From Sporopachydermia quercuum (Eukaryota): 64,000 nucleotides of DNA. Below, in pieces: positions 35,399 to 47,266 of this stretch. Position numbers and translations under genes: made by a program. The stretch spans positions 1 to 64,000 of the forward strand of contig BCGN01000005.1 of the NCBI GenBank assembly GCA_001599295.1, read 5' to 3'. A model generated the notes under the pieces. That model had not been told where the DNA came from. It worked only from the letters and a program-made list of their open reading frames with translations, and did no database searches. Numbering within the stretch: the stretch's first letter is position 1; every line of letters starts with the position of its first letter.

Positions 35399-38116
35399 AT
35401 GGATGATGTGAATTGGGACTCATTGATAGAAATAGACTCAACCTTGAAACTAATANCTGAATCATCACAAGAAGATGTAGCAACGGCATCAAACATTAAT
35501 TCTACAAAATTTCTTCGAGATTACCTTGATCGAGTCATTGAGTTCGAGTTTGCTAGTATAAATCCTTCGATTAACAATAGTACCGCTGAATTGGTTGAGC
35601 CTGAAAGCCCCAAAGAGAATGAAATTACAAAAAGCAAATGGAATGGTTTTACCAACATAAATCATGCTCATGCACATGCTCATACTGATGCACATACTGA
35701 TAATGCTTTTGAGGCTACAAATGATAAATCTCGTAGGTATCCCCATGGGAATAAAAATGGACATATTCGTGATCATATGAGATCTGTTCGCGGAAATGAC
35801 GAGTCCTCAATTGACCCTTTGCTAAGTATTGATGATATAAGTAAAGCTAATGGAAGTGGCAATAATGTTACGAAAAGTGGATCTATCTTACGATCTGTTT
35901 CACCATTCAAAAAAGTTGGCGATAATTCTTCCACAGAACTTACTGCTGAGAGAGAAGATGAGTCAAATAAAGAGGTAGATGATCAACCATCAAATGACCA
36001 AACATATGAACCAACCAACACCTCAATTGACCACCTTGACAATGAATCATTGAATTCTCTAAACAGCTCAACATCTTCAGAGAATGAACCAACCAGCAGC
36101 AACTCATCAGAAATATCTACACCTTCGGAAAAAGAAAACCAAAGAATCGACGTAGAATATCTGCGAAACCTTTTACAGAAAAGAGGACCCTACGACATAG
36201 CATTCTTATCAGCTAAAAACTATTTCGATACCCATAAAAAGGAGAACGAAAACAAGGAAGAAGCAGATGCCATTGTTGCTGAATGTAAGAAAACTCTTCT
36301 ATCAGATCTTGAGCTACAATTCTGGACTGCTATCATTAACAATTTTCATGCCACTGCTAGTAGAACACCCAATTATACTGTGATGATGATCCGATCAGGA
36401 ATTCCTCCACCATTTAGGGGATTGGTATGGAATTCAATGATCAACAATTACTCTCGAATTCCTCATGTTACTGTTTCAAATGACATTAATGCTTTGTTCA
36501 ATTTGTACTCTGCTCTAGCTTCAGAGTCGTCTCCATATCTAAGAATTATATCTAGAGACCTTAATCGAACATTCCCGCAAATAAGAATGTTCAGCGAAAG
36601 CCATGGCGAAGGTCAGGCATTACTAGGAAAAGTTCTTCGCGCTTATAGTGTGTATGATACTGAAGTTGGATACTGTCAAGGGCTTTCTTTCCTGGTCGCT
36701 CCTTTGTTGTTGCATCTAAGAGATGATGATGCCTTTGTCGCTCTAGTGAAACTTATGGAAATCAATGATAACCTACGATCATTATTTGGCTTAGAAATGA
36801 CAGGATTACGTCTATGGATCTACCAGTTTGAATCAATTCTTAAATCTACTATGCCTGACTTATATTTTCATTTTGAAAAGTATAACGTACAGAATGTTTA
36901 TGTAAGCCAATGGTTGCTTTCTTTGTATGCTGTTTCAGCTCCTATACATATTCTATTAAGAATATTTGATCTGATGTTTTGTGAAGGTGTCGATGAAACA
37001 CTTATTCGAACAGGATTAGCTCTTTTGAAATGTAACGAATCTCTGCTCATGGAATTAACTTCAGATGAAGATATTCTTCAGTTTCTACTAAGTAAAGGTA
37101 TCTGGGGTAGATATAGAAACGATGCTGAATTGTTTATCGCAGATTTCTCATCTTTTGGATTTGAAACAATCTCTAGCGATATTTTATTCAAATTACAGGT
37201 TGAATATGAGAAAAGGAAAGCAGAGATTGAAAAGGATTCCTGTGTAAAGTTCGGTGATTATCTAGATAGTGATTTGTCCAGAATGCTAAGCTTTGACGAT
37301 GATCACAATACCAATACACCATCAAAGACCCCTCATGAAGATGCCAGAATTAATTCGTTGTTTGATAATGTCCGAAACATCTTTGCCAGCAAGAAGGATA
37401 ATGTCAAAAACCGTTCAGGCATTGCTACTACTTCGACAGATACCATTAAAAAATTACCTATTGCTGTCGAGTCTGGTTTCAGTATACCCAAAACAAGGAT
37501 TACACGATCACCTAGCCTATCTGCTAGCGAAACGTCAGAAAAATCACCAGGGTTGAGGTCTGCAAGCGTATCAGCTGCCGTTAGTAGAACTATTAGTAGG
37601 ACTCATAGTATAGCGTCTAATGACTTAACAGAAGTGTCAAGTGTCAATTCGGTGTTGAGTACTACAAGTGGGAATTCAAAATTGAGTCCTACGTCTACCA
37701 ATTCAACTCAACCGAGACTGTTTGGCTTCTTCTCTTCACAATCCAGCGTTAACAAACCAAAGAGCTTGGTCCAGAAATCAAACAAAGAACTAGTGACAAT
37801 GCTAGAAGCTCAAGCAAAGGAAAATGCTTCAATGACTCTAAATTTTGAAGAGATAAAAGCTAAACAATCAAATCTTGTGGATCTGGTTGATTTATTGACA
37901 TGCGAAAAGACTCAATTATGTGATTTGATAACCCAATTGCCATATAATGAAGAGTTAGATCCTGAGAAAAAAGCTGAGACCGTACTTGTCAACAAAGATG
38001 TATTTGATCGTTTGCTATCGTTGGCTATACTTTCAATTGGTGATGAAAGCTTAAAAGAATCTGCTTCAACAATTTTGGATCCACCAAAAAGCAGTGAAAC
38101 TGTTAAAGCCAAATAG
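35399..38116 (+). CDS. TBC-domain Rab GTPase-activating protein (Gyp5/EVI5-like)
   Basis: GIPPPFRGLVW, Arg finger IxRDLNRTFP, Gln finger GYCQGLSFL, SQWLLSLY; C-terminal coiled coil. Confidence 0.88.
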   Translation: MDDVNWDSLIEIDSTLKLIXESSQEDVATASNINSTKFLRDYLDRVIEFEFASINPSINNSTAELVEPESPKENEITKSKWNGFTNINHAHAHAHTDAHTDNAFEATNDKSRRYPHGNKNGHIRDHMRSVRGNDESSIDPLLSIDDISKANGSGNNVTKSGSILRSVSPFKKVGDNSSTELTAEREDESNKEVDDQPSNDQTYEPTNTSIDHLDNESLNSLNSSTSSENEPTSSNSSEISTPSEKENQRIDVEYLRNLLQKRGPYDIAFLSAKNYFDTHKKENENKEEADAIVAECKKTLLSDLELQFWTAIINNFHATASRTPNYTVMMIRSGIPPPFRGLVWNSMINNYSRIPHVTVSNDINALFNLYSALASESSPYLRIISRDLNRTFPQIRMFSESHGEGQALLGKVLRAYSVYDTEVGYCQGLSFLVAPLLLHLRDDDAFVALVKLMEINDNLRSLFGLEMTGLRLWIYQFESILKSTMPDLYFHFEKYNVQNVYVSQWLLSLYAVSAPIHILLRIFDLMFCEGVDETLIRTGLALLKCNESLLMELTSDEDILQFLLSKGIWGRYRNDAELFIADFSSFGFETISSDILFKLQVEYEKRKAEIEKDSCVKFGDYLDSDLSRMLSFDDDHNTNTPSKTPHEDARINSLFDNVRNIFASKKDNVKNRSGIATTSTDTIKKLPIAVESGFSIPKTRITRSPSLSASETSEKSPGLRSASVSAAVSRTISRTHSIASNDLTEVSSVNSVLSTTSGNSKLSPTSTNSTQPRLFGFFSSQSSVNKPKSLVQKSNKELVTMLEAQAKENASMTLNFEEIKAKQSNLVDLVDLLTCEKTQLCDLITQLPYNEELDPEKKAETVLVNKDVFDRLLSLAILSIGDESLKESASTILDPPKSSETVKAK

Positions 38117-38245
38117 ATATAATATTAGCTGAACTATATGCTCAATAGATGGAATATCTATTACCTTACCTTTTATCTTACCCGTTTTACATATATAAAC
38201 ATATTCAATAAACATTTAATAATTCTATGCATAAAACTTTATGAT

Positions 38246-38740
38246 TCACCCTTTCTGAAAGTCCCATTCGTTGGAATTAAAATCATTAGAAAATACTGAC
38301 TCGTTGTTTTCGTATACTTTCTCTGTATACTCAAATTTAAGTTCTTTGGTCAGCTGTATTGTTGATAAACATACACTGAGTTTTGGGTACTGCCTCCTAG
38401 ATCTACTATTATTTGAAGCGTCAAGACTATTAGAAACATCGATTTTTTTGCCGAGTTCTTTATCTTGTGTTTTCCCTGTTATTTGTACTAGTTTATTGTA
38501 TTGATATATAGTAATGTTCCTTTCTTTCATTATCGCTTTCACTATCTCTACAACAGCTATCAGCTTGTCATTGCCATTTGGTTTCAGTCTCATATCAGGA
38601 ATCAGTTGTACAATTGACATTCTATCGTTGTTATTTTCTTCGTATCTCTCTTTCAGTAGAAGCCTCTCAATTTGATCAACACGGGACCGTATTTTGTCAG
38701 ATGTTCGTATTCGAACTGTACTCACCTGTACTGCTGTCAT
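38246..38740 (-). CDS. POP6: Alba-fold RNase P/MRP subunit (Pop6/Rpp25-like)
   Basis: IRTSDKIRSRVDQI...KLIAVVEIVK...IYQYNKL...YPKLSVCLS follows the Pop6 pattern (ISKNDNIKKSV...KMLSILEIFK...IYQWNKL...VPIL) as recalled. Confidence 0.65.
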   Translation of the reverse strand: MTAVQVSTVRIRTSDKIRSRVDQIERLLLKERYEENNNDRMSIVQLIPDMRLKPNGNDKLIAVVEIVKAIMKERNITIYQYNKLVQITGKTQDKELGKKIDVSNSLDASNNSRSRRQYPKLSVCLSTIQLTKELKFEYTEKVYENNESVFSNDFNSNEWDFQKG

Positions 38741-39691
38741 GATTTATGATGGATACTGTAACTGTAAAATGATAGACATAAAAATTGGTCTGCAATTATA
38801 CCTCTGTTTTCGACAAAGATTCAAAAAGAATACCAAATTTTCTAACTGCTTTATATTAGACTTCACCCTTAATAGTGCTTACTGAAGATCGTTCCAATTG
38901 AATATGTATTGAATGAACTTAACGTAATTGCATACGTTCTTCGATTATCTCCAATTATATCATTCCAACAATGTCACATCCAAATGGCTCAAAAATGACA
39001 ACTACCGTTTCCCAAACTTGATTTTAAATTTTTTTATTCATTCAACTATTGCCTACTAAGAACTACAGCCTTCTCAGACGTTCTTTCATGCTCTCAATAG
39101 GTTAAACAGTACATCCTTTAACAAATGTTCTTCTCCATAATAAGAGAAAAAAAAGTAAGTAATCGTTAATGTCCGGTATACATGAAAACCGATGCACTAG
39201 GATGATAATATTGGACATGAGATTAATTCAATCTATCGGACAACAGTATTAGGTATTGTCCCTTTACAGCAATTAGGACTACCCAGGGAATTTTGTTTGT
39301 ATTTGGGGTAATCTATAAACAAAAGACTCGTATCTTCATATGATTATCATGGTGGATAAATGTTTGAATGGCATGTAATAATGAAAGTGAAGTGGGAAGA
39401 GATTGCTAGTAGTTGGAGATATGTTTTTGATTGTGTACCATGTCAAAATACGTTTGACCCTTCAATAGCTGGTATATTTATTCTGCTTGGAGCTATAGAA
39501 AGATCTTGAAAATCAAAACTTCACAATTGTTGATTTCACGGGATTGTATTGTATTGTATTATTCTAGTAAAAAAAAAGAAGTCTATTTGCCACAAGAAAA
39601 CATTACCATAAGGATAGTAGCTAGGCTACCATTGCTCATGAGCATTATTGCAAGTATAATAGTGTTTGATTATTCTATTAACTGTTGAAAG

Positions 39692-40948
39692 ATGGAAGCT
39701 TATACTTCTCCGTTCAAACGAACAAACCAATCATCTCAAAGGGTGTACCCAAACATATCCTCATCTTCCTCACCGGCACAAGATGAACAACCTATACCAC
39801 CATACAGTGTTCTTACATCAACCATCAAAACGTTTCGATCTAATGACTCAAGCCCAAGAAAAGCTATACAGAAACGGAAATATGGCGGATCACCATACGT
39901 GAGAAAGGGAAATAAGTCAGTATTGGAGGAAAACCTTTCAGACAACGAAGATGAGCGTATGCATCCCTATATTGACAGTAGCAGAAGAAGGTCAAGATCT
40001 AGGTCGCGATCCAGATCACATTCAAGAACATACTCCAGCTCGCGGTCTAAGAAACTAAATGATAGTATCAATAATATATTACAGGATTCAGACAAGCTTG
40101 ATAATGTTAGTTCAGCTATTAAACCATTGAATGGAAACGTACTAGAGCTACAATCACCTATCAAGTTTGCCTTCAATGATAGGTCAATTGATAAAACAGC
40201 AAAGGGGAAGCCAGCACCCTTATCCTTATCAGAAACTGATCAGGATAACAGTCAAACAAATAATATCCATACTGATGAACTACAACTCGATAAGGAAAAT
40301 ATCAATTCATTCAACTTAGATTATCAAAAATTCAGCTCATTTCTGCAAGCATCTACACCAGCAATAAAGCATAAACCTACATCACCTTTAAAAAATGAGA
40401 TTATCTTCAAATCAGCAGCCCATATCGATGATATAATGCCTCAGTTAATATCAAAGAATGCAACTTTAGAGAAATATCCAGGTCTCAACAAAGCATCATC
40501 GGTTACTGTTAGATCGTTGCCTCTTGATGAGAAGAAGCTGTGGGTTTGGAATAAGAAAGAATGGAAAGGATTGTATGATATTCTAAGAACTACCAATTAC
40601 TTCTCAAAGGAAAACATTAGACGAAGAGAAGCAAAACAACAAGATTTGGAGAAATCAATCAACGAGGATTTAGCGAACATCTCCCAGTTAAAATCAAAAC
40701 TGGTTGATTTTATTACTTTTGAAACAGCTTCGAAAACTGAAGCTACTGATAACAGCTCTCATAATAAAAATGAAAAAGTACTAATTTTACATTTACCTCC
40801 TAAGGAGGCTATTCAGGCTTTCATTACCAATGATGGAAAAGATTTATCTTCAGAAAAAGAGTACCAAGATAAAGTCCTAGATTTAGCTAAGCGCATCAAC
40901 TATCTATCTGATGTGCGAAGAAAGAAGAAGGCATTATCAAATATCTAG
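39692..40948 (+). CDS. Hypothetical, largely disordered protein with CDK consensus sites and KEN boxes
   Basis: Intact 418-aa ORF with SPFK, SPRK, SPIK and SPLK, two KEN motifs, an RS stretch and WVWNKKEWKGL in the C-terminal half. No family recognised. Confidence 0.8.
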   Translation: MEAYTSPFKRTNQSSQRVYPNISSSSSPAQDEQPIPPYSVLTSTIKTFRSNDSSPRKAIQKRKYGGSPYVRKGNKSVLEENLSDNEDERMHPYIDSSRRRSRSRSRSRSHSRTYSSSRSKKLNDSINNILQDSDKLDNVSSAIKPLNGNVLELQSPIKFAFNDRSIDKTAKGKPAPLSLSETDQDNSQTNNIHTDELQLDKENINSFNLDYQKFSSFLQASTPAIKHKPTSPLKNEIIFKSAAHIDDIMPQLISKNATLEKYPGLNKASSVTVRSLPLDEKKLWVWNKKEWKGLYDILRTTNYFSKENIRRREAKQQDLEKSINEDLANISQLKSKLVDFITFETASKTEATDNSSHNKNEKVLILHLPPKEAIQAFITNDGKDLSSEKEYQDKVLDLAKRINYLSDVRRKKKALSNI

Positions 40949-42048
40949 CTTGTATTATAAAATCTTTATATTATGTTATATTCAGGACAGCATAATGCCG
41001 ATCTTGTAATTACAAGTTTGTTTTACTTCCTTCAGCATACCCCTACTTCAGATGACGNAGGAAATAAAAATAAGACACATAATGTCTGTATTTCACCGTA
41101 TTATTTTTCCGCGTCTATATAGTGTAGATTATATTATGTCTACAATAAAACAACATATATTAGTCTTATGTATTGTATATTACCTCTGCCAGACGCGTCA
41201 TCGGCTTCAAATATTATCGATTAGATAACAATGGATCTGTTTATTTTGTCCCACATAAGCATTTTGCTATTCAATGCACCTATCCTCATGTATCAATTTT
41301 GAAAATGTCTAANCAATCTCATAAATCTTAAAAACTTTAGCATACATTATTACATCAATTGATCGGCCTGTATATCGTAAACCTACCATTATCCATATTC
41401 GATGACAAATCAATCTTAGTGGAACAGTGGCTAATTCCCATTTTGCCATTCGCTACTAAAAAACAAGTATTCGACTTTCTTGTCTATTTTTAAATCATTC
41501 TCTCATTTCATACTCATTTATGTCTTCCATTTCAACTATTAAAATTAATATTAAAACGTAACCTGTTTCCACAGCATTTTCTTCTTCTAAGTGGACTCCA
41601 CCCCGTTTTTCAAATTCAGTGCTGTTTCGAGCGATTAGAGGCCATGCTTACATGACTAAAATGTTTCTCCTAGTGGAAATCAGTATGACAAAGCAAATTT
41701 GTCATAACCTACTAAAGTGTATCATAAATGTTTCAAAAAAAATAAACTAAGACAAATGCCAATAGGAAATTTAGCGACTCAGGTGTTAGAAATAAGTCAT
41801 GACATTAATGTTATTACCAGAAATGATAATTATTTGATAAAGTCTAGACTAGCATGACAATTAGAAGATAGTTTTCATGATGGAGCATGGTGTAAACTTA
41901 TGGGAACATAACCGAAACTAGATCTACTTATTTTGCTCTATTGCTAATGGTTTCAATCCTAATATTAAGAAACTATTTGAATTAGACAATAATATTATTA
42001 TTTCTTGAGTTGTTAACCTATGCCTCCTGTAATTGGACTTTTATGAAT

Positions 42049-42057
42049 TCACGTGAC
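42049..42057. promoter_or_regulatory. Cbf1-type E-box (TCACGTGAC) upstream of ORM1
   Basis: Exact GTCACGTGA (minus strand) about 600 bp upstream of the ORM start. Motif match only. Confidence 0.35.
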
Positions 42058-42651
42058 ATGTTAAACGAGTCACATATGTCATAAGATACATACGGCTTTG
42101 TCCTCCTTTGTCACAATCGCCTCACTCCAAGATATTACCTAAAAAGAGACTGAACCTCTTCCTTGGCCACACACATCGTTTCTCGCCATATTGCCATTGA
42201 AAAGAATTATAAACGAAGGTAAAGAAGGATCACATAAAGTGAGAATCAACCCAAATAATAGGATAAAATATATCTGCAGTCTCAAAAATTGTTGGAAGAA
42301 ATTGTGCTCATCTCTTTTATTCAAATAAGTGCCTGTTGTCCATCTGAGTCAATTGTTTACAACCATTAGGCAAAGAAGTGCTATAATATATCAACGGATT
42401 AATTAGTTGCTACTCTAGAAGAAAAACAGCAAGTGAAATTCCAAATAGCTAAAAGAGTTATTGCCAGTCTGGAGTGTTTTCCTGATAATCTGATAGTAAC
42501 TATTGTAGAAAGTCTTCAATTCTCAGCAGTTCTTTCTATATCAGTACCATCATATCAACAAACATTTTCATATCAATAATCCCCACTTCTGTCAGAACTT
42601 GGCTCTCAAATATTTATCAACGTTCCAAGTTCATCAGAGATACTCATCAAA

Positions 42652-43317
42652 ATGACTACCACTAGTATAAATGACATTTCATCACCGAACGGAAATCTTC
42701 TTGATGTGGGAGACAATCTCAACACAACAAGCGTGACTGCTTCTCCTAAATCAACTTCAAGCTTGAACACTACTCAACCTCAACATAGAAGAAGATCATC
42801 CAGTATCGTTATATCCCATGTTGAACCAGAATCAATAGAAGACCAAATTGATCAAGCATCTCTACCTAACTTGAACGCAAGTTGGGTCCACGATAAAGGT
42901 GCTTGGCTTATCCATATCGTTATTATAACTTTGTTAAAGATGTCTTACAACCTCATTCCTTATATCACTCAAGAATGGGCATGGACATTAACAAATATTA
43001 CATATGTCATTGGATCTTATATTATGTTCCATCAAGTTAAAGGTACTCCTTTTGATTTCAACTCTGGTGCGTTTGATAATCTAACAATGTGGGAACAAAT
43101 TGATGACGGCGATCAGTATACGCCAGCCAAGAAGTTCCTATTAGGAGTTCCAATTGGATTGTTTTTAATTTCAACACATTATTCTAATTACGATTTGACA
43201 TTATTTGTCATTAATCTTATTGCATGTCTTGTTGTGGTGATTCCAAAGCTACCGAGCAGTCATCGATTAAGAGTCATTTTACCTTTTGTCACTCCTCCTC
43301 CAGGTGTGAAACAGTGA
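42652..43317 (+). CDS. ORM1: ORMDL-family regulator of serine palmitoyltransferase (Orm1/Orm2)
   Basis: RRRSSS phosphosite, NLNASWVHDKGAW, KGTPFDFNSGAFDNLTMWEQIDDG, PKLPSSHRLR. Confidence 0.95.
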   Translation: MTTTSINDISSPNGNLLDVGDNLNTTSVTASPKSTSSLNTTQPQHRRRSSSIVISHVEPESIEDQIDQASLPNLNASWVHDKGAWLIHIVIITLLKMSYNLIPYITQEWAWTLTNITYVIGSYIMFHQVKGTPFDFNSGAFDNLTMWEQIDDGDQYTPAKKFLLGVPIGLFLISTHYSNYDLTLFVINLIACLVVVIPKLPSSHRLRVILPFVTPPPGVKQ

Positions 43318-44526
43318 AAAGATGAATAGCGACATAGTTCTTGGTACAATTTATATATCTATTTGTTACAGCTAGTATAAAGATATGTATTTTGTTTCCT
43401 TGGATTTTCATTTCTGTTTTGTTTATTCAGATTTCTTTATATTACAATTTTTTTTCCATACATTATTATCATTATGATTATTCAATAACTATGTTTTTAA
43501 CAATAGTTTCTGACTATGCAATTCGATCATTGATTGACATGAAAACTTATCTCAAGCTGGATTTTATACTGAATATCGAAACCGGATATTGAAATTTGGA
43601 GATTCAGACGGACAAGAAGGGAGATGCAAGGTCAAAGGTGAGATGTACTGTAAAGCTTGTTGCTTGAACTAAGGATGATGAGTCGATATTGATAGTACGA
43701 GTATACCTATAGTTTTAAATTGGCTATTTCATGGGGAGGCCAACTCAAACTTCAATCAAGAGAGCTCAATAGTACTATGCGTCTTGCTTGAGTACTTCAG
43801 AAGCACCAGCTCTTTTACCATCTAAACCGTCTTTAGTCTTCAGAAGGCAATTAGTATTAGTAAATAAATCATCATCACATATTATAATATATCTTATGAG
43901 ATAGTCAGAAGGAAATAGCGTAGACTGTATCTCTCATTCTATTAGGATCGTTTCCTACGAGGTTTCCGAAGATAGTTGAGACTATTGTATTCATAGATAT
44001 TCTTATATCTTGTTTCTTTTTCTTTATTCCTCTTTCTTCTCTTTCTTTCCATTCTTTCGTTCTTTCCATATCCAATTATATAATGAAGATTTCTTCAAAT
44101 AAACGAAGTTGCTGCAAAACTACTGTAACTTCATCGTTATTATGAGATAAGCCTTGAACAGAATGAAGACCCACAAGAATCATCAACCAGTAAGAATATC
44201 ACTCTTTCTTTCTGATTTATATTCTCTCTGAGCGTAAAATCTTCAAATTATTTTAAGTCTATTTTTTCTTCTTATTTCTTACTTCTCAAGTTCTAATAAA
44301 CCCATTTTTCTTCTCCTATGATGGATAAATAATAAATCAATTGATCTATCCAAATCAAATAATCGGGTCTCAACACATTGCATCTCTACATGAAAAATAC
44401 CTTATTGATTCCTACTTATCTTTCTTCCTAACTAGAACGATAATAACAGTTCTTTGAATACAATGCTAATGAAGCGTTAAATAAACAGAATAATTTATCA
44501 GAAAATAGATATGCAATCAGGTTAAA

Positions 44527-45033
44527 ATGGATTCTTTATCAGTAGAAGATCAACAAGTAGCTTCAGTATGTTTGATTGCAAAAGGAAACTCATTCTATAA
44601 CATTATTAACATCTTTTTAGCGGCTAAAAGCTTCGATATGGTACACAGTGAATCAAATTATCGAAGCTGAATGCAAACAATTGAAGGTGATACCAAGCGC
44701 CAATTTTACTGCTGCACTCACAGAACTTGTTTTTAATCAAATAGGTAAGCATCTTCTCTCATTCAATCGTAGTCTCGCAACTTTTCATCTCAACTGTACT
44801 CCTAACCTATCGCTATATCAACAGTAACAATGAGTGAGGATCTGGAAGCGTTTGCAAAGTAAGTACCAAAGCAACGTCAACATTCATTTCACCAATACTG
44901 CTTCTAACAAACCACTTTTTATTTCAGCCATGCGAATAGGAAAACAATAATTGTTGATGATGTTTTAATGCTCTGTCGTCGTAATGATAGCTTGAGGCAA
45001 GCAATTGAATCTTTTCGTTTATCTCGTAAATAA
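44527..45033 (+). CDS. MHF1: CENP-S/MHF1 histone-fold protein; 4 exons (44527-44565, 44621-44744, 44825-44858, 44928-45033)
   Basis: Spliced product MDSLSVEDQQVAS|RLKASIWYTVNQI...FTAALTELVFNQI|VTMSEDLEAFA|NHANRKTIIVDDVLMLCRRND. Donors GTATGT, GTAAGC and GTAAGT with YAG acceptors; frames join exactly. Absent from the ORF track. Confidence 0.92.
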
Positions 45034-45472
45034 CACGTGATGTAAACAGATTCAAATCAGGAAATATGATACTATGTGATATATTTTATTAGTACCTCAG
45101 CTTACGCTGACCTGTAAATATCAGTACAGTGAAGGTCGTCAAGTGAGAATCTGTTCAAATGTTAATTGTTGATATTGCTGATATAACGAATTGCGTTTGG
45201 ACTAGTTGATGGAATTTTGAATTAATGATTGGTTTGTTGTACTAAACTTGCCGAGCCAGCACGTATGAACAGCCTTGAATAAATTTGTGTGATAAGTTTG
45301 GTTGTTTTTCTTTTACTTCCTTGAAATAGTNGAATATCTTAAATTGTTTAGCCAATTTATGGTGGTTGTTTTCACCTTTCTAAAGAGCTCATAGATACTG
45401 ACAGCAAGAGGCAAGCGATCAACTGACTTTCGTCGTCGATATACCATTAGGATCAACTTTGAAATCGTCAAA

Positions 45473-46399
45473 ATGAGAGCATTTTCACGATTGGTACATA
45501 ATGTACCAAAAGTCAACATCAGTAGATCAGTAGGAAGATTCAACACGGCCCGATGTATTCATAGAACTGGTGTTTCATTCTACTCAACACAACAAATTGA
45601 TGAACCTTCTGGTGTCAGCCAAGAAGCTGTCACCCCTGAACTAGAATATTTTCGACTGGTCCCAGCCATTAAAACTTTTTTTAACAGAACTGCTTCTCAC
45701 GACGAAATCATGGATCAACTCCAAGAGCTATTAAGGAAGTATCAAGATTTACCAGTACTCGAAGATACAACACTAATCAATCAAACTTACGATAAATACT
45801 CTTTCCCTTCGTTAATGGCTTATAGAAGCAGTCTCAAAAGTGGTAATGTTGGTAACGGTAGGTACAACGATTTTCTTCGAATTATAAGAAGATTAGCAAT
45901 CATTGACCCTCAACTAATGCCGAATGAAATTTCCGAAATTTTACGAGGTTACTCCGGTACTGGTGATATTGTTTCGTTTGACGAAAGAAGAGGGTTCAAA
46001 CCCATTGATCAATTCGGTAGAGCAATTGCTGTTGGTAGAAGGAAAACTGCATCAGCAAAGGTCTCCATGGTTAGAGGTGACGGACAAATATTAGTTAATG
46101 ATCGACCTTTGCATGACTATTTCCCTAGTATTGCTGATAGACTTGAGATTTCATATCCATTAAAAGTTGTTGAAAGCGAAGGTAAATATAATATTTATGC
46201 TTCTGTTATTGGCGGTGGCTTAACTGGTCAAAAAGGTGCTATTAGTTTAGGTATCGCAAAAGCTTTAGTCATGTTCAATCCTCTGTTAAGATCCAGATTA
46301 TATAAGGCTGGTTGTCTTACAAGAGATACGAGGAAAGTTGAAAGAAAGAAGCCTGGTCATGTTAAATCAAGAAAGATGCCTACTTGGGTCAAACGTTGA
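45473..46399 (+). CDS. MRPS9: Mitochondrial ribosomal protein uS9m
   Basis: Presequence, GRRKTASAKV, GGGLTGQKGA and C-terminal VERKKPGHVKSRKMPTWVKR. Confidence 0.96.
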   Translation: MRAFSRLVHNVPKVNISRSVGRFNTARCIHRTGVSFYSTQQIDEPSGVSQEAVTPELEYFRLVPAIKTFFNRTASHDEIMDQLQELLRKYQDLPVLEDTTLINQTYDKYSFPSLMAYRSSLKSGNVGNGRYNDFLRIIRRLAIIDPQLMPNEISEILRGYSGTGDIVSFDERRGFKPIDQFGRAIAVGRRKTASAKVSMVRGDGQILVNDRPLHDYFPSIADRLEISYPLKVVESEGKYNIYASVIGGGLTGQKGAISLGIAKALVMFNPLLRSRLYKAGCLTRDTRKVERKKPGHVKSRKMPTWVKR

Positions 46400-47266
46400 T
46401 TGGCTTTCCTTTCTTTTGCATGTATATATTTCTTTTCAATAGATGTTTATTATAAGGAACTATGTTGATTTGTTGCTACATATCACTCAGTAGAATATCA
46501 ACTAATGGAGTTCATATGCAACCACTACGATAGTATAATTGTAATCAAGATAGCAAAAAAAATCACAGCGTACTAGATCATCTAACGGGCGACAGAGCTA
46601 ACAACGTATTGCTGCCGATACAACTAAAGATATACATTTTGATCCATCATCTTTATTCCATAGCACATGATAGAACTTGAACTTGAACTTGAAGTGCAAT
46701 TATTTACTCTGAATAAAGAACTCCAAAACTTTTCAGTCCACTTCCAACATTCAATTCAGATAATATTGATTGCCTTATTAATTATATAAACCGATTCTTT
46801 CTATCCAATCGTCTTGTAGACCGAAAAATATCAATACTCACAACAAAGCTAACCATTTACAGATCATGAAATAACAATTTTATTTAATAAAAAAAAATAC
46901 TAACTAATAAGAAATAACAATTAGTCACTATCAATGAACTCCTGTTTTCCTTTGTAGAAAAATAATAAATAGAAATTGACGAAAAAACAGTAATAACTAT
47001 CACGTTCTCAGTATTATTTTCCACGTTCCAGATTTCATTACTCTTTTCCTCTGTTTTCTATCCCTTATCAGATGGCTCAGGTCTTTCAACGATAAATGTA
47101 CTCTAATCTTTCTCTAATGAATGTATATTCTGTTAATTATAGAAATTCTTATTTTATCTTCCTCCTTAATAATTTTTAATCAAAAGTTGTTATTCCAATT
47201 AGCAAACAGCTAATCCATTGAACATCATCAGCTACTTCTTCTACTAATTGCATCCTCACTCTTCTC

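Noticed and set aside
41419..41630. GTGGAACAGTGG, identical to the recalled 5' end of S. cerevisiae RNase P RNA, with a complementary CTGTTTCCAC downstream
   Set aside because: No CR-I (GGGAAATTC) or CR-V motifs, and the intervening DNA is AT-rich and unstructured. Treated as a chance match.
43560..44320. Possible small spliced gene on the minus strand between ORM1 and MHF1
   Set aside because: The frames tested give short unrecognisable peptides, with no consistent donor, branch and acceptor set.
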